Shown here: in pieces, positions 7,280 to 17,009 of the stretch
How positions within the stretch are numbered: the first letter of the stretch is position 1
How the letters are laid out: every line of letters begins with the position of its first letter
Assembly (NCBI GenBank): GCA_043811535.1
Contig: JBDRNC010000016.1
Location: forward strand, 1-40,428
Reading direction: 5' to 3'
DNA length: 40,428 nt
From: Elusimicrobiota bacterium
Lineage (GTDB): Bacteria > Elusimicrobiota > Endomicrobiia > Endomicrobiales > JBDRNC01
Position numbers and translations under genes: made by a program
Notes under the pieces: model-generated
The model's input: only the letters and a program-made list of their open reading frames with translations
The model's database searches: none
What the model was told of the DNA's origin: nothing

Positions 7280-8950
7280 ATGCTTTTAAACTTACAAATC
7301 AGAAATTACGCGTTAATAGACGAATTGAACCTGGAGCTTACGCCGGGGCTGAATATCTTTACAGGGGAGACGGGGGCGGGCAAGTCAATTGTCATTGAAT
7401 CGCTAAACCTGATACTCGGCGAGCGGGCTTCGGCTCAGCTTGTAAGAAAAGGCTCCAGCAGGTGTTTTGTCACTGGAACCTTTGACATATCCAAGCTTAA
7501 GAAACTCAAGAAATTCATAGATGATTCCGGGCTTTCCGGCGATGACACGGACACGCTGATACTCCGCCGCGAGATAGATGCTGCCGGGAAAAGCCGCGCC
7601 TTTGTCAATGACACTCCTGCCGGACTCAATACCCTTCTTGAAATAGGCAACCACCTTGTGGACGTCCACGGCCAGCACGAGCACCAAACGCTCCTGAAAA
7701 CCGCTTCCCAGCGCGAGTTGCTTGACGGTTTCGCGGGTAATGAAGAGTTGCTGTCGGACGCTGAGAGGCATTTCCGCTTATGGAAAGAACTGCAGGCGCA
7801 GAAGGACTCGCAGAACCTTTCTGAGCAGGAACGCGCGCGGCTTGTGGACCTGTACAGCTTTCAGGTCAAGGAGATCAACGGCGCGAAGCTTTCTCCCGGA
7901 GAAGAAGAAGAGATAGAGCAGGCGCTTCCGCAGATGAAGAACGCCGAGAAACTGCGCGAGCTGTCTAACGAGGCTCACCAGCTTCTTTACGGGGAGGACG
8001 GTTCCGCGCTTGAAAAACTCAACAAGGCCCGGAAAATCCTTGAAACGATAAACAACCTTTCTAACTCACTGGGCGAAACGGCCGAAACGCTGAACTCGGC
8101 AACGTATTCCGTTGAGGAAGTGTCCGATGAGATGGAGAATTTCGCCGAAAAACTCTCCGCAGACCCCGAAAGATTCAACGAGCTGCTCTCCCGCCAGGAT
8201 ATCATCCATAAACTCAAGAAAAAATACGGCAAGGACATTCCGGAAATACTGGCTTACGGCGAAAAGATTGAAAAAGAGCTTGACGCGCTGACAAAGTTCG
8301 ACCAGAACCGCCAGGAACTTGACGCCAAAATGAGCAAAACGCTTAAACAGCTTTCCGTCACTTGCGAAAAACTCACCGAGTCCCGCAAAAAAGCCGCAAC
8401 AAAACTCGCTTCGGGAATAGCGGCGGAGCTGGCGGAGCTCGGTATCAAAAAGGCGCAGTTCAAGGTATTAATCGAGAAAGAAAACGAACCAACTTCGGAA
8501 GGATGGGACGGAATAGAGTTCCTGTTTTCGGCAAATCCCGGCGAGGACGCGAAACCGTTAAAGAATATCGCCTCCGGCGGCGAGATGTCGCGCGTTATGC
8601 TCGGTATAAAGACAGTGCTCGCGAAAGCCGACAACGTGCCTGTGCTTGTTTTTGACGAGATTGACGCGGGGATAGGCGGGCCGGTAGGTCAGACTGTTGG
8701 CAAGAAACTTAAAGCGCTGTCGAAACACCGCCAGATACTCTGCATCACGCACCTTCCCCAGATTGCCGCTTTTGCTGACAAGCATTTATCGGTGGAAAAG
8801 GCCGTTCAGGCGGGTAAGACATCTACATTGATAAGGAACCTGGCTGAAAAGGACCGTCTTGAAGAGATTGCGCGGATGCTCTCCGGAGAAGAGATCACCC
8901 CCTCTGCCCGCAAGCACGCCTCAGAACTTCTTACCCAAAGCAACGCCTGA
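7280..8950 (+). CDS. recN: DNA repair protein RecN
   Basis: TGETGAGKS Walker A, HGQHEHQ, ASGGE signature, VFDEIDAG, ITHLPQIAA. Confidence 0.98.
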   Translation: MLLNLQIRNYALIDELNLELTPGLNIFTGETGAGKSIVIESLNLILGERASAQLVRKGSSRCFVTGTFDISKLKKLKKFIDDSGLSGDDTDTLILRREIDAAGKSRAFVNDTPAGLNTLLEIGNHLVDVHGQHEHQTLLKTASQRELLDGFAGNEELLSDAERHFRLWKELQAQKDSQNLSEQERARLVDLYSFQVKEINGAKLSPGEEEEIEQALPQMKNAEKLRELSNEAHQLLYGEDGSALEKLNKARKILETINNLSNSLGETAETLNSATYSVEEVSDEMENFAEKLSADPERFNELLSRQDIIHKLKKKYGKDIPEILAYGEKIEKELDALTKFDQNRQELDAKMSKTLKQLSVTCEKLTESRKKAATKLASGIAAELAELGIKKAQFKVLIEKENEPTSEGWDGIEFLFSANPGEDAKPLKNIASGGEMSRVMLGIKTVLAKADNVPVLVFDEIDAGIGGPVGQTVGKKLKALSKHRQILCITHLPQIAAFADKHLSVEKAVQAGKTSTLIRNLAEKDRLEEIARMLSGEEITPSARKHASELLTQSNA

Positions 8951-8959
8951 TTCAAAAAC

Positions 8960-9041
8960 GATTTCACGGATTATGAAAGGAGATTACACAGAAACACCTA
9001 CGAGACTTAATCTGTGTAATCATTTAGAAATCAGTGTAATC
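8960..9041. repeat. GATTACACA-type nonamer inverted repeat
   Basis: gattacacaga (8982-8992) pairs with tctgtgtaatc (9011-9021); outer gatttcacggatt / aatcagtgtaatc. Confidence 0.7.
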
Positions 9042-9042
9042 A

Positions 9043-9070
9043 TGGCCGTTGAAGCCTTTCTCAACGGCCA
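9043..9070. terminator. Hairpin between convergent recN and GH9 genes
   Basis: Perfect 10-bp stem tggccgttga/tcaacggcca, 8-nt loop; no clear U-tract. Confidence 0.5.
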
Positions 9071-11971
9071 CTATTTGCCGTATATCTCAATCTCGTAAAG
9101 CGAATATCCGTACTGCGTGCCCCTGCGCTTCATGTACACCCTGACATATCTGGCAGACGCGCCTTCCTTCAGGTCTATCTCATCCGTCCCGCCATCTTCA
9201 TCGTCAACCGAATAAACCGTTTTCCAATCCTTCGCGTCGTCCGAGAATTGAAGTTCGTATGACTCGCCGCACGCGGTCTCCCAGAAAAGCTTCACGAGCC
9301 CCACGGATTTCTTTTCCCCAAGGTCAACCGCCAGCCACTGCGGGTCGGAAAAATCCGACGACCAGCGCGAGTACATCTGCCCGTCAATCGCGTTCGCGGA
9401 ATCAACGTTCTTCTCGTCTTTCTGGGATGAAGAGGCATTTACCGAAAGTATCTTAAGTTTTTTCAGGTTATCGCGTTTTGGGGCGGCGTACTCGGGAAAT
9501 TCGGGCAGGAAGTAATTCTCGGCAACTACTCCGTCCTGCGTTGAAGCCGAGACAAGGCACGGGGAGCGTTTCTGCGAAGGATTTAGCGTCTTTTCAAAGC
9601 GCTTGCTTTCGCCGGCATTCAATTCCACCTGCGCCGTTTCATCCAGAGCGTACGCGCCGCGCGCCCTCAGGTAAAGCGCCGTCTTTATCTTTTCATTTGC
9701 CGTATTTTTCACCGTCCATGAGACCGCAACATTCTTCATGCCGTCGATTTTTTTTGGAACATCTATACTGACTGAAAGCGGCTGCTTCGGAATGTCAGCC
9801 GAAAGACGCGCATTCTCAAGCTCGCCGACGAGCGGAGTGTAATACGCGTTGTGCGGCACCCAGTACTCCCCGCTTACCCAGTGCCTGGCCCAGTACGGCG
9901 CAATCCCGTCCCTGCCCACTATTCCGTTCAGCACTCCGCCCGGTTTTGACGGCAGGTTAAGATATTCTTCAAGCGAAAATCCCTGCCTCCCGCCGATCCC
10001 GGTCATCATGGATATACCGAGCGGGTTCACGCCTAAAACCCACTGGATTTGATCGGCCGCAAAATCCGCAAGCTTCGGCTCGTTAAAGATCTTTGCCAGC
10101 CTGACACCCATCAGCCCGTACGCCATATGGTCGCAGTTCAGGCCGTGGCTCTTCACTCCCAATCTTCCAGTAGGGGGATGGAAATACGAGACCCGGAAAA
10201 ATCCGCCGGTATCGTTTTCGAGGCCTTCCGCTATCTCACCGTACGGCGTCAGCGAAGACATCCCCAGCAGGTACTGCTCACTGAAAGTTTTGAGGAAGAA
10301 CCTTACGTCAGCGTAAAGAGGGTCCGACGGCTCAATGAAATGATAAAGCTCTATGAGCCCGAAATAGGCGCCGATGTCGTGTATGAGCTTGTACTGGTAA
10401 GTAAAATCCAATGAACGCGGCGAGTTTGAGAAATTCCCGCATATTTGGGCGTCCCGCACGCGCGTGAAATCAAGGAACTGCGCCGCAATGACTTTCCCCG
10501 CCAGTTCTTTCGCCTTTGCCAGATATTGTTCCTTTTTGGTCAGTTTATAGAGTTCTATCGCATCCCACAAGAAATTCCCGGCGGCGCTTATCCTTTTCGG
10601 AAGCCGCTGCGTCTCTATGTAGGCGTACGTTTTCTCCGCCGCTTTCATCGCCTTGTCCGCGAGTTCCTTGTCGTAAGGGGCAAGCGCCGACGCCGCCGCC
10701 GACATCGCGGCTACGTACGTTGAGATATCCCCTCCTTCGGTTGTTTTCCAAGGGTACGTGTTATCTTCGGGAAACTGATTATGCGCATACAGGTCGGGGT
10801 CCCTGACTATCGTTGATATGACCGAACCGTCCGGTTTCTGCCACGCGATCAGCGAGCCTGCCGCGAAACGCAGTTCATCTATGGCGTAGCGTATCCTGGC
10901 CGCTTCGCCGCGGGGCAGGTTCCACGCCAGGACATAGCGGCTCAAGCCGTAAAGCATGTGAGTATTCGTGCACAAATACCGCGCGAGCATCGTGCCCGCG
11001 TCCCTGTACCCGCCCATCTCATAATAACCGAAGATGACGGGGTCATCGGTCCTCAGGCCCTTTATAAATTCCAGATTCAACGGCATGGTCCTGCTATCAA
11101 GAACATTCTTCTCTATCCAGAACGGCTCTGAAATGAATTTGCGGCCCCCGCTTTCAACCTGTACGGCGTACCTGCCGCTTTCTCTCAACTCCGTAAAATC
11201 CCCTGACTGGAAATAGCCCGGCCATCCGGCGACCGTTGAAGGTTCAAGCTTGCCTTTGTATACCGCCTCGGCGTCAGCCATGCGGATGACGCTGAACTGC
11301 TTCTTCCCTTTCCATTTGTCTTCGGTTTTAATCACTACTCTCTTGCGGTCATCCGGCCGGTAACCCAGCTGGCTTACCGAAATAACAGGATTCCTGTTCT
11401 TTTCCTTTTTAATGACGCTTAGGCCCCCGAGCATGAAATGCCTCGGGTCCGAATTCCACCAGTAATACGTGAAAATTCTCAGGGATTTCACCCGTCCCGG
11501 AGGGCCTTTGAGCACCTTTTCGGCCGACGGGTCAAAATCATCCTGGGGTATGACAACCGTCTGCCACCCGCTCCCCTTATTCAGCTGGGTCAACTCGGCG
11601 AAACGCACCTCGTTCTTATCATCCAGTATCTCAATTTTCAAGGGATTGTCCCCGCCTTCCCACAGGATTTCCATGGAAAGCGCGTCCCCTTCCCCGAGCG
11701 TAAAATCGGCGTTTCTCAGTGACAAATCGATCCCGCTTGACCATGGCTTGTCCAAATCCGGCATAGGCAGCCTATAACTGACATCAAGCACCGTGCCCCT
11801 GTCCGTATCCCGCGACGCCAATGAGCATTTCACGTCCCCCATCGGCCTCAATATCCACGCCTCCGGCAAATCGCACTTGCTTATTAGAACTCCGGCCCGC
11901 GCGGAAGCAGTCAAAAGCATTAAAATAACGATGCCCGACAAACCGCGTTTGATAGATTGTACCATTTTCAT
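9071..11971 (-). CDS. Secreted modular glycoside hydrolase: CBM-like, CelD-type Ig, GH9-like catalytic and F5/8 type C (CBM32) domains
   Basis: Signal peptide; SQLGYRPDD.K (CelD_N); GGYRDAG; QIQWVLGVNP...MTGIG; NAIDG...RWSS...QWL.VDLG...GYSLYEIEIY. Confidence 0.82.
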   Translation of the reverse strand: MKMVQSIKRGLSGIVILMLLTASARAGVLISKCDLPEAWILRPMGDVKCSLASRDTDRGTVLDVSYRLPMPDLDKPWSSGIDLSLRNADFTLGEGDALSMEILWEGGDNPLKIEILDDKNEVRFAELTQLNKGSGWQTVVIPQDDFDPSAEKVLKGPPGRVKSLRIFTYYWWNSDPRHFMLGGLSVIKKEKNRNPVISVSQLGYRPDDRKRVVIKTEDKWKGKKQFSVIRMADAEAVYKGKLEPSTVAGWPGYFQSGDFTELRESGRYAVQVESGGRKFISEPFWIEKNVLDSRTMPLNLEFIKGLRTDDPVIFGYYEMGGYRDAGTMLARYLCTNTHMLYGLSRYVLAWNLPRGEAARIRYAIDELRFAAGSLIAWQKPDGSVISTIVRDPDLYAHNQFPEDNTYPWKTTEGGDISTYVAAMSAAASALAPYDKELADKAMKAAEKTYAYIETQRLPKRISAAGNFLWDAIELYKLTKKEQYLAKAKELAGKVIAAQFLDFTRVRDAQICGNFSNSPRSLDFTYQYKLIHDIGAYFGLIELYHFIEPSDPLYADVRFFLKTFSEQYLLGMSSLTPYGEIAEGLENDTGGFFRVSYFHPPTGRLGVKSHGLNCDHMAYGLMGVRLAKIFNEPKLADFAADQIQWVLGVNPLGISMMTGIGGRQGFSLEEYLNLPSKPGGVLNGIVGRDGIAPYWARHWVSGEYWVPHNAYYTPLVGELENARLSADIPKQPLSVSIDVPKKIDGMKNVAVSWTVKNTANEKIKTALYLRARGAYALDETAQVELNAGESKRFEKTLNPSQKRSPCLVSASTQDGVVAENYFLPEFPEYAAPKRDNLKKLKILSVNASSSQKDEKNVDSANAIDGQMYSRWSSDFSDPQWLAVDLGEKKSVGLVKLFWETACGESYELQFSDDAKDWKTVYSVDDEDGGTDEIDLKEGASARYVRVYMKRRGTQYGYSLYEIEIYGK

Positions 11972-12100
11972 AAATTCTCCAATAATCGAGATTTACTGCA
12001 AACGATTGCACCATTATTACCTTTTTGTGATTATGTTGTCAAGTTGCGTTTGATTGCCTGGCGGTTTTTTCGGCGCTTATCACTGAATTCTTGTAATCCT

Positions 12101-12129
12101 TTGACTTTTCCGACATAAATTGATAAAAT
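12101..12129 (+). promoter_or_regulatory. Sigma70 promoter with extended -10, probably leaderless
   Basis: TTGACT-17-TAAAAT with TG at -15/-14; GTG start codon 6 nt after the -10. Confidence 0.7.
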
Positions 12130-12135
12130 ATTTTC

Positions 12136-12342
12136 GTGGCTAAGATAAAGATAGAAACAGACAGATGCAAGGGCTGCGCGCTCTGTATAGACGTCTGCCC
12201 GAAGAAATCGCTAATAATCTCGGATAAATTCAATAAAGCCGGGCACCATCCGGCTGTTTTTGTTGAAGGAAACGAGTGCACGGGGTGCGGTTTTTGCTAC
12301 CTGGTATGCCCGGAAGTTTGTGTTGAAGTGGATAAAGACTGA
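12136..12342 (+). CDS. 2[4Fe-4S] ferredoxin, delta subunit of 2-oxoacid:ferredoxin oxidoreductase
   Basis: CKGCALCIDVCP and CTGCGFCYLVCP. Confidence 0.95.
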   Translation: MAKIKIETDRCKGCALCIDVCPKKSLIISDKFNKAGHHPAVFVEGNECTGCGFCYLVCPEVCVEVDKD

Positions 12343-12350
12343 TTACAAAT

Positions 12351-12457
12351 AATTTCCCTCTTTACCAAAGTAAGTCTTTGGACCCCGTGTAGTCTGGGGA
12401 AGCGGTTAGGGGAGATTTACTAAATCCCCCTCATTCCCCCTTTTTCTAAGGGGGAGG
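12351..12457. repeat. C-rich REP-like element with a ~30-nt internal insertion
   Basis: Aligns with the 14361-14436 copy apart from extra sequence at about 12371-12400. Confidence 0.8.
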
Positions 12458-12469
12458 ATAACAGGAAAT

Positions 12470-13522
12470 ATGGAAAAAACATTAGTCAAAGGCAATATCG
12501 CGTTGTGCGAGGGCGCCATAGCGGCGGGATGCCAAGCCTATTTCGGCTATCCCATCACGCCCCAGAACGAAGTGCCCGCTCACATGTCCAAACGCATGGT
12601 TGAGCTGGGAAGAGTATTTCTTCAGGCGGAGTCCGAGCTTGCGGCAATTAACATGGTGCTCGGCGCGTCCGCGACCGGCGCTCGCGCGATGACCTCTTCG
12701 TCTTCGCCGGGAATATCCCTCAAGCAGGAAGGCATATCCTACCTTGCCGGCTGCGAGCTGCCCGCTGTCATAGCCAACATTCAGCGCGGAAGCCCCGGCC
12801 TCGGCAACATAGCCGGCGCCCAGGGCGACTATTTCCAGGCGACAAAAGGCGGCGGTCACGGCGATTATCGGCTGATAGTGCTTTCGCCTTATTCGGTCCA
12901 GGAAATGTACGACCACGCCAAGCTCGCTTTTGACCTCGCGGATAAATACAGGATGCCGGTCATGATACTTTCTGACGGCATAGTGGGCCAGATGATGGAA
13001 CCGGCCGTCGTACCCCCTCTTGAAAAAGCCGAAAAGCCGAAACTTATAAAGAAAGACTGGGTGCTGGACGGCGCCAAAGGCAGGGAACCCCGCTCGGTCA
13101 AATCGCTTCTGATGGCGGAAGGCGCGCTTGAGGCCCATAATTATAAACTGCAGAACAAATACGCCGAGATAAAGAAAAACGAGACGCGCTGCGAAACAGC
13201 CAATCTCGATGATGCCGATATAATCCTTGTAGCGTTCGGGATCACGGCCCGCACCGCGAAAGCATCCGTGAACGCGCTGAGAAAACAGGGAGTGAAAGCC
13301 GGATTCATCAGGCCCGTAACTCTTTGGCCTTTCCCCGAAAAGGTTGTCTCCGACAACGCCAAACCGGGACGCAAGTTTCTTGTCATAGAAATGAACTGCG
13401 GCCAGATGGTTGAAGATATCAGGCTTGCCGCAAACGGCAGGTGCCCGGTTGAATTTTTCGGCAAACCCGGCGGCGGAGTGATATCGCAAGAGGAAATATT
13501 AGATACCGTTAAGAAAATATAA
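12470..13522 (+). CDS. vorB: 2-oxoacid (2-ketoisovalerate-type):ferredoxin oxidoreductase alpha subunit
   Basis: GYPITPQNE, QAESELAA, TSSSSPG, RPVTLWPFP. Confidence 0.9.
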   Translation: MEKTLVKGNIALCEGAIAAGCQAYFGYPITPQNEVPAHMSKRMVELGRVFLQAESELAAINMVLGASATGARAMTSSSSPGISLKQEGISYLAGCELPAVIANIQRGSPGLGNIAGAQGDYFQATKGGGHGDYRLIVLSPYSVQEMYDHAKLAFDLADKYRMPVMILSDGIVGQMMEPAVVPPLEKAEKPKLIKKDWVLDGAKGREPRSVKSLLMAEGALEAHNYKLQNKYAEIKKNETRCETANLDDADIILVAFGITARTAKASVNALRKQGVKAGFIRPVTLWPFPEKVVSDNAKPGRKFLVIEMNCGQMVEDIRLAANGRCPVEFFGKPGGGVISQEEILDTVKKI

Positions 13523-13606
13523 TTACAAATTACATATTACAGATTACAAATTGAAAACTAAAGACAGGATAGTTAATCTGTAATTTAAAATCGCTAAATC
13601 TGTAAT
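13521..13606. repeat. ATTACA[AG] heptamer-ladder inverted repeat, copy 2
   Basis: Left arm nearly identical to 1477-1510; right arm has the same AATCGCT interruption. Confidence 0.9.
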
Positions 13607-13613
13607 CAATTTT

Positions 13614-14351
13614 ATGGCAATAAAATTAAAAAGGCCTGAAGCGCTGAAAGAAACTCCGCATATTTATTGTCCGGGTTGCGGGCACGGCATAATACACCGC
13701 ATCGTCGCGGAAGTAATTGACGAGCTCGGCATCCGCGAGAAAACCATCGGCATAGCGCCTGTGGGCTGCGCTGTGTTCGCTTACGATTATTTCAATTTTG
13801 ACGTCACAGAGGCCCCTCACGGCAGGCCTCCGGCGGTCGCCACCGGCATCAAACGCGTTCTTCCCGACAGGATAGTATTCACTTACCAGGGAGACGGGGA
13901 TCTTGCCGCTATCGGCACCGCGGAAACTGTCCACGCGGCCAACCGCGGCGAAAATATCACCATTATCTTCGTCAACAACGCCAACTACGGCATGACCGGC
14001 GGGCAGATGGCGCCCACGACGCTTATAGGCCAGAAAACGGCAACAACACCGTTCGGCAGGGACGCGAAAAGGGACGGTCTCCCGATGAAAGTATGCGAAC
14101 TGCTTTCATCGCTTGAAGCTGTCGCCTATCTTGAGCGCACCGCGGTAAATAACCCTAAGAACATAATCAATACAAAGAAGGCAATCAAAAAAGCCTTCCA
14201 GAACCAGATAGACGGAAAAGGTTTTTCGCTTGTCGAAGTCCTCTCCCAGTGCCCCGTTGACTGGGGCATGACCCCGAAAGACGCTATTAAGTGGGTGGAC
14301 ACCGATTTGATGAAAACATTCCCGCTGGGAGTGTATAAAGACAAGAAATAA
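13614..14351 (+). CDS. 2-oxoacid:ferredoxin oxidoreductase beta subunit (TPP-binding)
   Basis: [12 protein letters not shown]...[12 protein letters not shown]. Confidence 0.95.
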   Translation: MAIKLKRPEALKETPHIYCPGCGHGIIHRIVAEVIDELGIREKTIGIAPVGCAVFAYDYFNFDVTEAPHGRPPAVATGIKRVLPDRIVFTYQGDGDLAAIGTAETVHAANRGENITIIFVNNANYGMTGGQMAPTTLIGQKTATTPFGRDAKRDGLPMKVCELLSSLEAVAYLERTAVNNPKNIINTKKAIKKAFQNQIDGKGFSLVEVLSQCPVDWGMTPKDAIKWVDTDLMKTFPLGVYKDKK

Positions 14352-14360
14352 TTGCAAATA

Positions 14361-14436
14361 ATTTCCCCTCCTTTCCAAGGAGGGGTTAGGGGAGATTTAA
14401 AAAATCCCCCTCATTCCCCCTTTCTTAAAGGGGGAA
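14361..14436. repeat. C-rich REP-like element
   Basis: cccctcctt-tcc-aaggagggg and ccccctttc-tt-aaaggggg hairpins. Confidence 0.85.
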
Positions 14437-14449
14437 GACAATAGGAAAT

Positions 14450-14983
14450 ATGGAAACTAAAATTATCATCGCGGGATTCGGCGGACAGGGAGTGCTTTTC
14501 GGAGGCACGCTGATAGCCCAGGCCGCCCTTGAAGAAGGGAAGCAGACAACGTGGTTTCCCGCATACGGCGCGGAGATACGCGGCGGGACCGCGAATTCAA
14601 CCGCGATCGTATCTGACGAGGAGATCGGTTCGCCTATCATCACTAACCCCGACATTCTCATAATACTGAACGAACAGTCGCTTGACAAGTTCCTCCCGAG
14701 AATGAAACCGGGCACGCTCGTTGTGATAAATTCATCGCTCGTCAAGAACAAAGTGGAAAAAGAGGGCGTCCGGATAGTTGAGGTGCCTGCCAGCGGGATA
14801 GCCGACAAGCAGATAGGCGACATCCGCACCGCGAACCTTGTCGCGATCGGCGCGATGCTTAAAGCCAAACCGGTTTTGAAGCTTGAAAGCGCGCTTAAAG
14901 CGTGCGAGAAAGTCCTGACGGAAAAACCTAAACTGATAACAATAAACCAGAAGGCGCTTCAATTGGGATACGATAATAAATAA
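14450..14983 (+). CDS. 2-oxoacid:ferredoxin oxidoreductase gamma subunit
   Basis: AGFGGQGV, PAYGAEIRGGTANS, N..AL..G. Confidence 0.95.
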   Translation: METKIIIAGFGGQGVLFGGTLIAQAALEEGKQTTWFPAYGAEIRGGTANSTAIVSDEEIGSPIITNPDILIILNEQSLDKFLPRMKPGTLVVINSSLVKNKVEKEGVRIVEVPASGIADKQIGDIRTANLVAIGAMLKAKPVLKLESALKACEKVLTEKPKLITINQKALQLGYDNK

Positions 14984-15119
14984 AATGCTAAGCTCTAAAC
15001 ACTAAATACTAAATAAACTCAAGATATAAAAAGTAAAACTCAAACACTTCCGTTTATTTGAAATTTATATTTGTATTTTAAAATTTATTTAGAATTTAGT
15101 GTTTAGTATTTTGTATTTG
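14983..15119. repeat. ACTAAAT heptamer-ladder long inverted repeat
   Basis: gctaagc tctaaac actaaat actaaat ... atttaga atttagt gtttagt attttgt. Confidence 0.8.
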
Positions 15120-15137
15120 TCTTAAATAGGGGTCTAT

Positions 15138-15593
15138 ATGAAACTCAGACAGGCTAAAACAAAAGATGTAAAAGAGATGCAGTCGCTCATAAACTACTAC
15201 GCCGACAAGGAAGAGATGCTTCCGCGCTCGCTTAACGATATTTACGAGAATATCCAGGAATATTCCGTGATAGAAGATAAAAAGAAGATCATCGGCTGCG
15301 CGGCGCTTCATGTTTCGTGGGACAACCTCGCGGAAGTAAAATCGCTCGCGGTTCATGAAAAATACCAGCACAAGGGGCTCGGCGCCCGGCTGGTCAAAGT
15401 CTGCGAGAAAAAGGCGAAGGAACTCGGCATCACGTCGGTTTTCGCGCTGACATACAAGCCCGGATTTTTCATCACTCAGGGATATAAAAAGATCTCCCGG
15501 GAAAAACTGCCGCATAAAGTATGGGGCGAGTGCGTTAAGTGCCCGAAATTCCCCGACTGCGGCGAAGTACCTCTGATAAAAGAGCTTAAATAG
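15138..15593 (+). CDS. GNAT N-acetyltransferase, short ArgA-like (amino-acid N-acetyltransferase)
   Basis: MLPRS, LAEVKSLAV...KGLG, FALTY, LPHKVW.EC..CP. Confidence 0.88.
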   Translation: MKLRQAKTKDVKEMQSLINYYADKEEMLPRSLNDIYENIQEYSVIEDKKKIIGCAALHVSWDNLAEVKSLAVHEKYQHKGLGARLVKVCEKKAKELGITSVFALTYKPGFFITQGYKKISREKLPHKVWGECVKCPKFPDCGEVPLIKELK

Positions 15594-15606
15594 AGACAGA
15601 GTCTTT

Positions 15607-15684
15607 ATTGCAAATTACACATTACAGATTACAAATTAACGGCACTGGTTAAGGATTTTAATTTGTAATATGTAATCTGTAATT
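15607..15684. repeat. ATTACA[AG] heptamer-ladder inverted repeat, copy 3
   Basis: Arms at 15607-15639 and 15658-15684. Confidence 0.88.
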
Positions 15685-15689
15685 AACCT

Positions 15690-16523
15690 ATGAAAATAAA
15701 ATTCTGGGGCTGCAGAGGGTCAATGCCGGTTCCCGACATCCGTATGATGAAATACGGCGGGAACACCACATCCCTTGAAGTTGATCTCGGCGGAGAACTG
15801 CTCCTGATTGACGCCGGCACCGGCATCCGGAAACTCGGCGAAAGCCTTACAAAGAGAAACATCAACAACTTCAACCTCTTCATAACCCATTCCCACTGGG
15901 ACCACATCCAGGGCTTCCCGTTTTTCATGCCGATATACTCCGGCAAGACAAAAATCCGCGTCATCGGCTGCACGAATTCTTACAAACAGCTGAAGGACAT
16001 CCTGAGCAGCCAGATGTCGTACGAATTCTTCCCAATAAGCTTCCACGACCTGAAATCCAAGATATCCTTCACGGAAATATGCAGCAACCAGTTTTCCCTC
16101 AACGGCTGCAAGATAAAGACTATCCGCAACAATCATTCGATTTTCACTTCAAGCCTGCGCATAGAACAAAACGGGAAATCCTTCGTATTCATGACCGACA
16201 ACGAACTTGAAAGCGCCAATCCTCTGACCGAAAGAGGCAGATTCATAGAATTCTGCAGGGGCGCCGATTACCTTATACACGACTCTCAGTTCACGGAAGA
16301 AGAATACGTGTACAGAAAAACGTGGGGGCATTCCACGTTTGACCAATCCATAAAACTGGCAAAGGACTCCGGCGTCAAGAACCTCGGCTTCTTCCACCAT
16401 GACCCAAACCGCAAAGATAAGGAACTCTCCGCGCTGTCCCGCAAATATTCCGCTTTAAGCCATTCCAACGGATACAAATTCAAGATATTCACCGTCAAAG
16501 AAATGGATGAAATAAAATTGTAA
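15690..16523 (+). CDS. MBL-fold metallo-hydrolase (phosphodiesterase-like)
   Basis: WGCRGS, YGGNT, IDAGTG, THSHWDHIQG, WGHS, FHHDP. Confidence 0.92.
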   Translation: MKIKFWGCRGSMPVPDIRMMKYGGNTTSLEVDLGGELLLIDAGTGIRKLGESLTKRNINNFNLFITHSHWDHIQGFPFFMPIYSGKTKIRVIGCTNSYKQLKDILSSQMSYEFFPISFHDLKSKISFTEICSNQFSLNGCKIKTIRNNHSIFTSSLRIEQNGKSFVFMTDNELESANPLTERGRFIEFCRGADYLIHDSQFTEEEYVYRKTWGHSTFDQSIKLAKDSGVKNLGFFHHDPNRKDKELSALSRKYSALSHSNGYKFKIFTVKEMDEIKL

Positions 16524-16524
16524 T

Positions 16525-16604
16525 TAAATGGCTGAATTGCTAGATGGCTAAATGGCTAAAAGATTTATGTCTTTAACCATTCAACAATATGACCATTTAA
16601 CCAT
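16525..16604. repeat. ATGGCTAA octamer-ladder inverted repeat
   Basis: atggctga attgctag atggctaa atggctaa / ttaaccat tcaacaat atgaccat ttaaccat. Confidence 0.8.
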
Positions 16605-16621
16605 GTTTTAAAGGAGACCTC

Positions 16622-16927
16622 ATGAAATACCACCAGATCACATGCATCGTTGAAAGAAACAAGGCCGACAAAGTCGTGGACGAAGCCATCAAAAGCGGCG
16701 CGCAGGCAGCCACCGTCTTCAACGCGCGCGGCAGGGGCATCAAAGAAAGGCTCGGTTTCATCGGGAAGCTCATACAGCACGAGAAAGAAGTCATCCTTAT
16801 CGTGACAAAGGAAGAGCAGACGCAGCAGGTTTACGACGCGGTAGTCATTGCCGCCAACCTGAATGAACTGGGCCGGGGCTTCGCCTACGTCCAGTCCGTC
16901 GAACAGGCTTTCGGATTCATACAGTAA
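16622..16927 (+). CDS. P-II family regulatory protein (non-canonical)
   Basis: 101 aa; A...GA..ATV...RGRG, EKEVILIV, G.G..YV..VE. Confidence 0.85.
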   Translation: MKYHQITCIVERNKADKVVDEAIKSGAQAATVFNARGRGIKERLGFIGKLIQHEKEVILIVTKEEQTQQVYDAVVIAANLNELGRGFAYVQSVEQAFGFIQ

Positions 16928-16940
16928 CCCCCGCCGCCTC

Positions 16941-16973
16941 CACTTCCGAAGAGTCTCCGCCACTTCGGAAGTG
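16941..16973. repeat. Inverted repeat CACTTCCGAAG/CTTCGGAAGTG (REP-like element or terminator)
   Basis: Perfect 11-bp stem with 11-nt loop, 13 nt after the P-II stop. Confidence 0.6.
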
Positions 16974-17009
16974 AAATATAGGTGGAGAGTCATTTTCACC
17001 TAAAATACT

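Noticed and set aside
12482..13489. Long antisense ORFs (also 24803-25723, 36971-37714, 20358-20963)
   Set aside because: Shadows of well-conserved genes on the opposite strand, with no recognisable motifs
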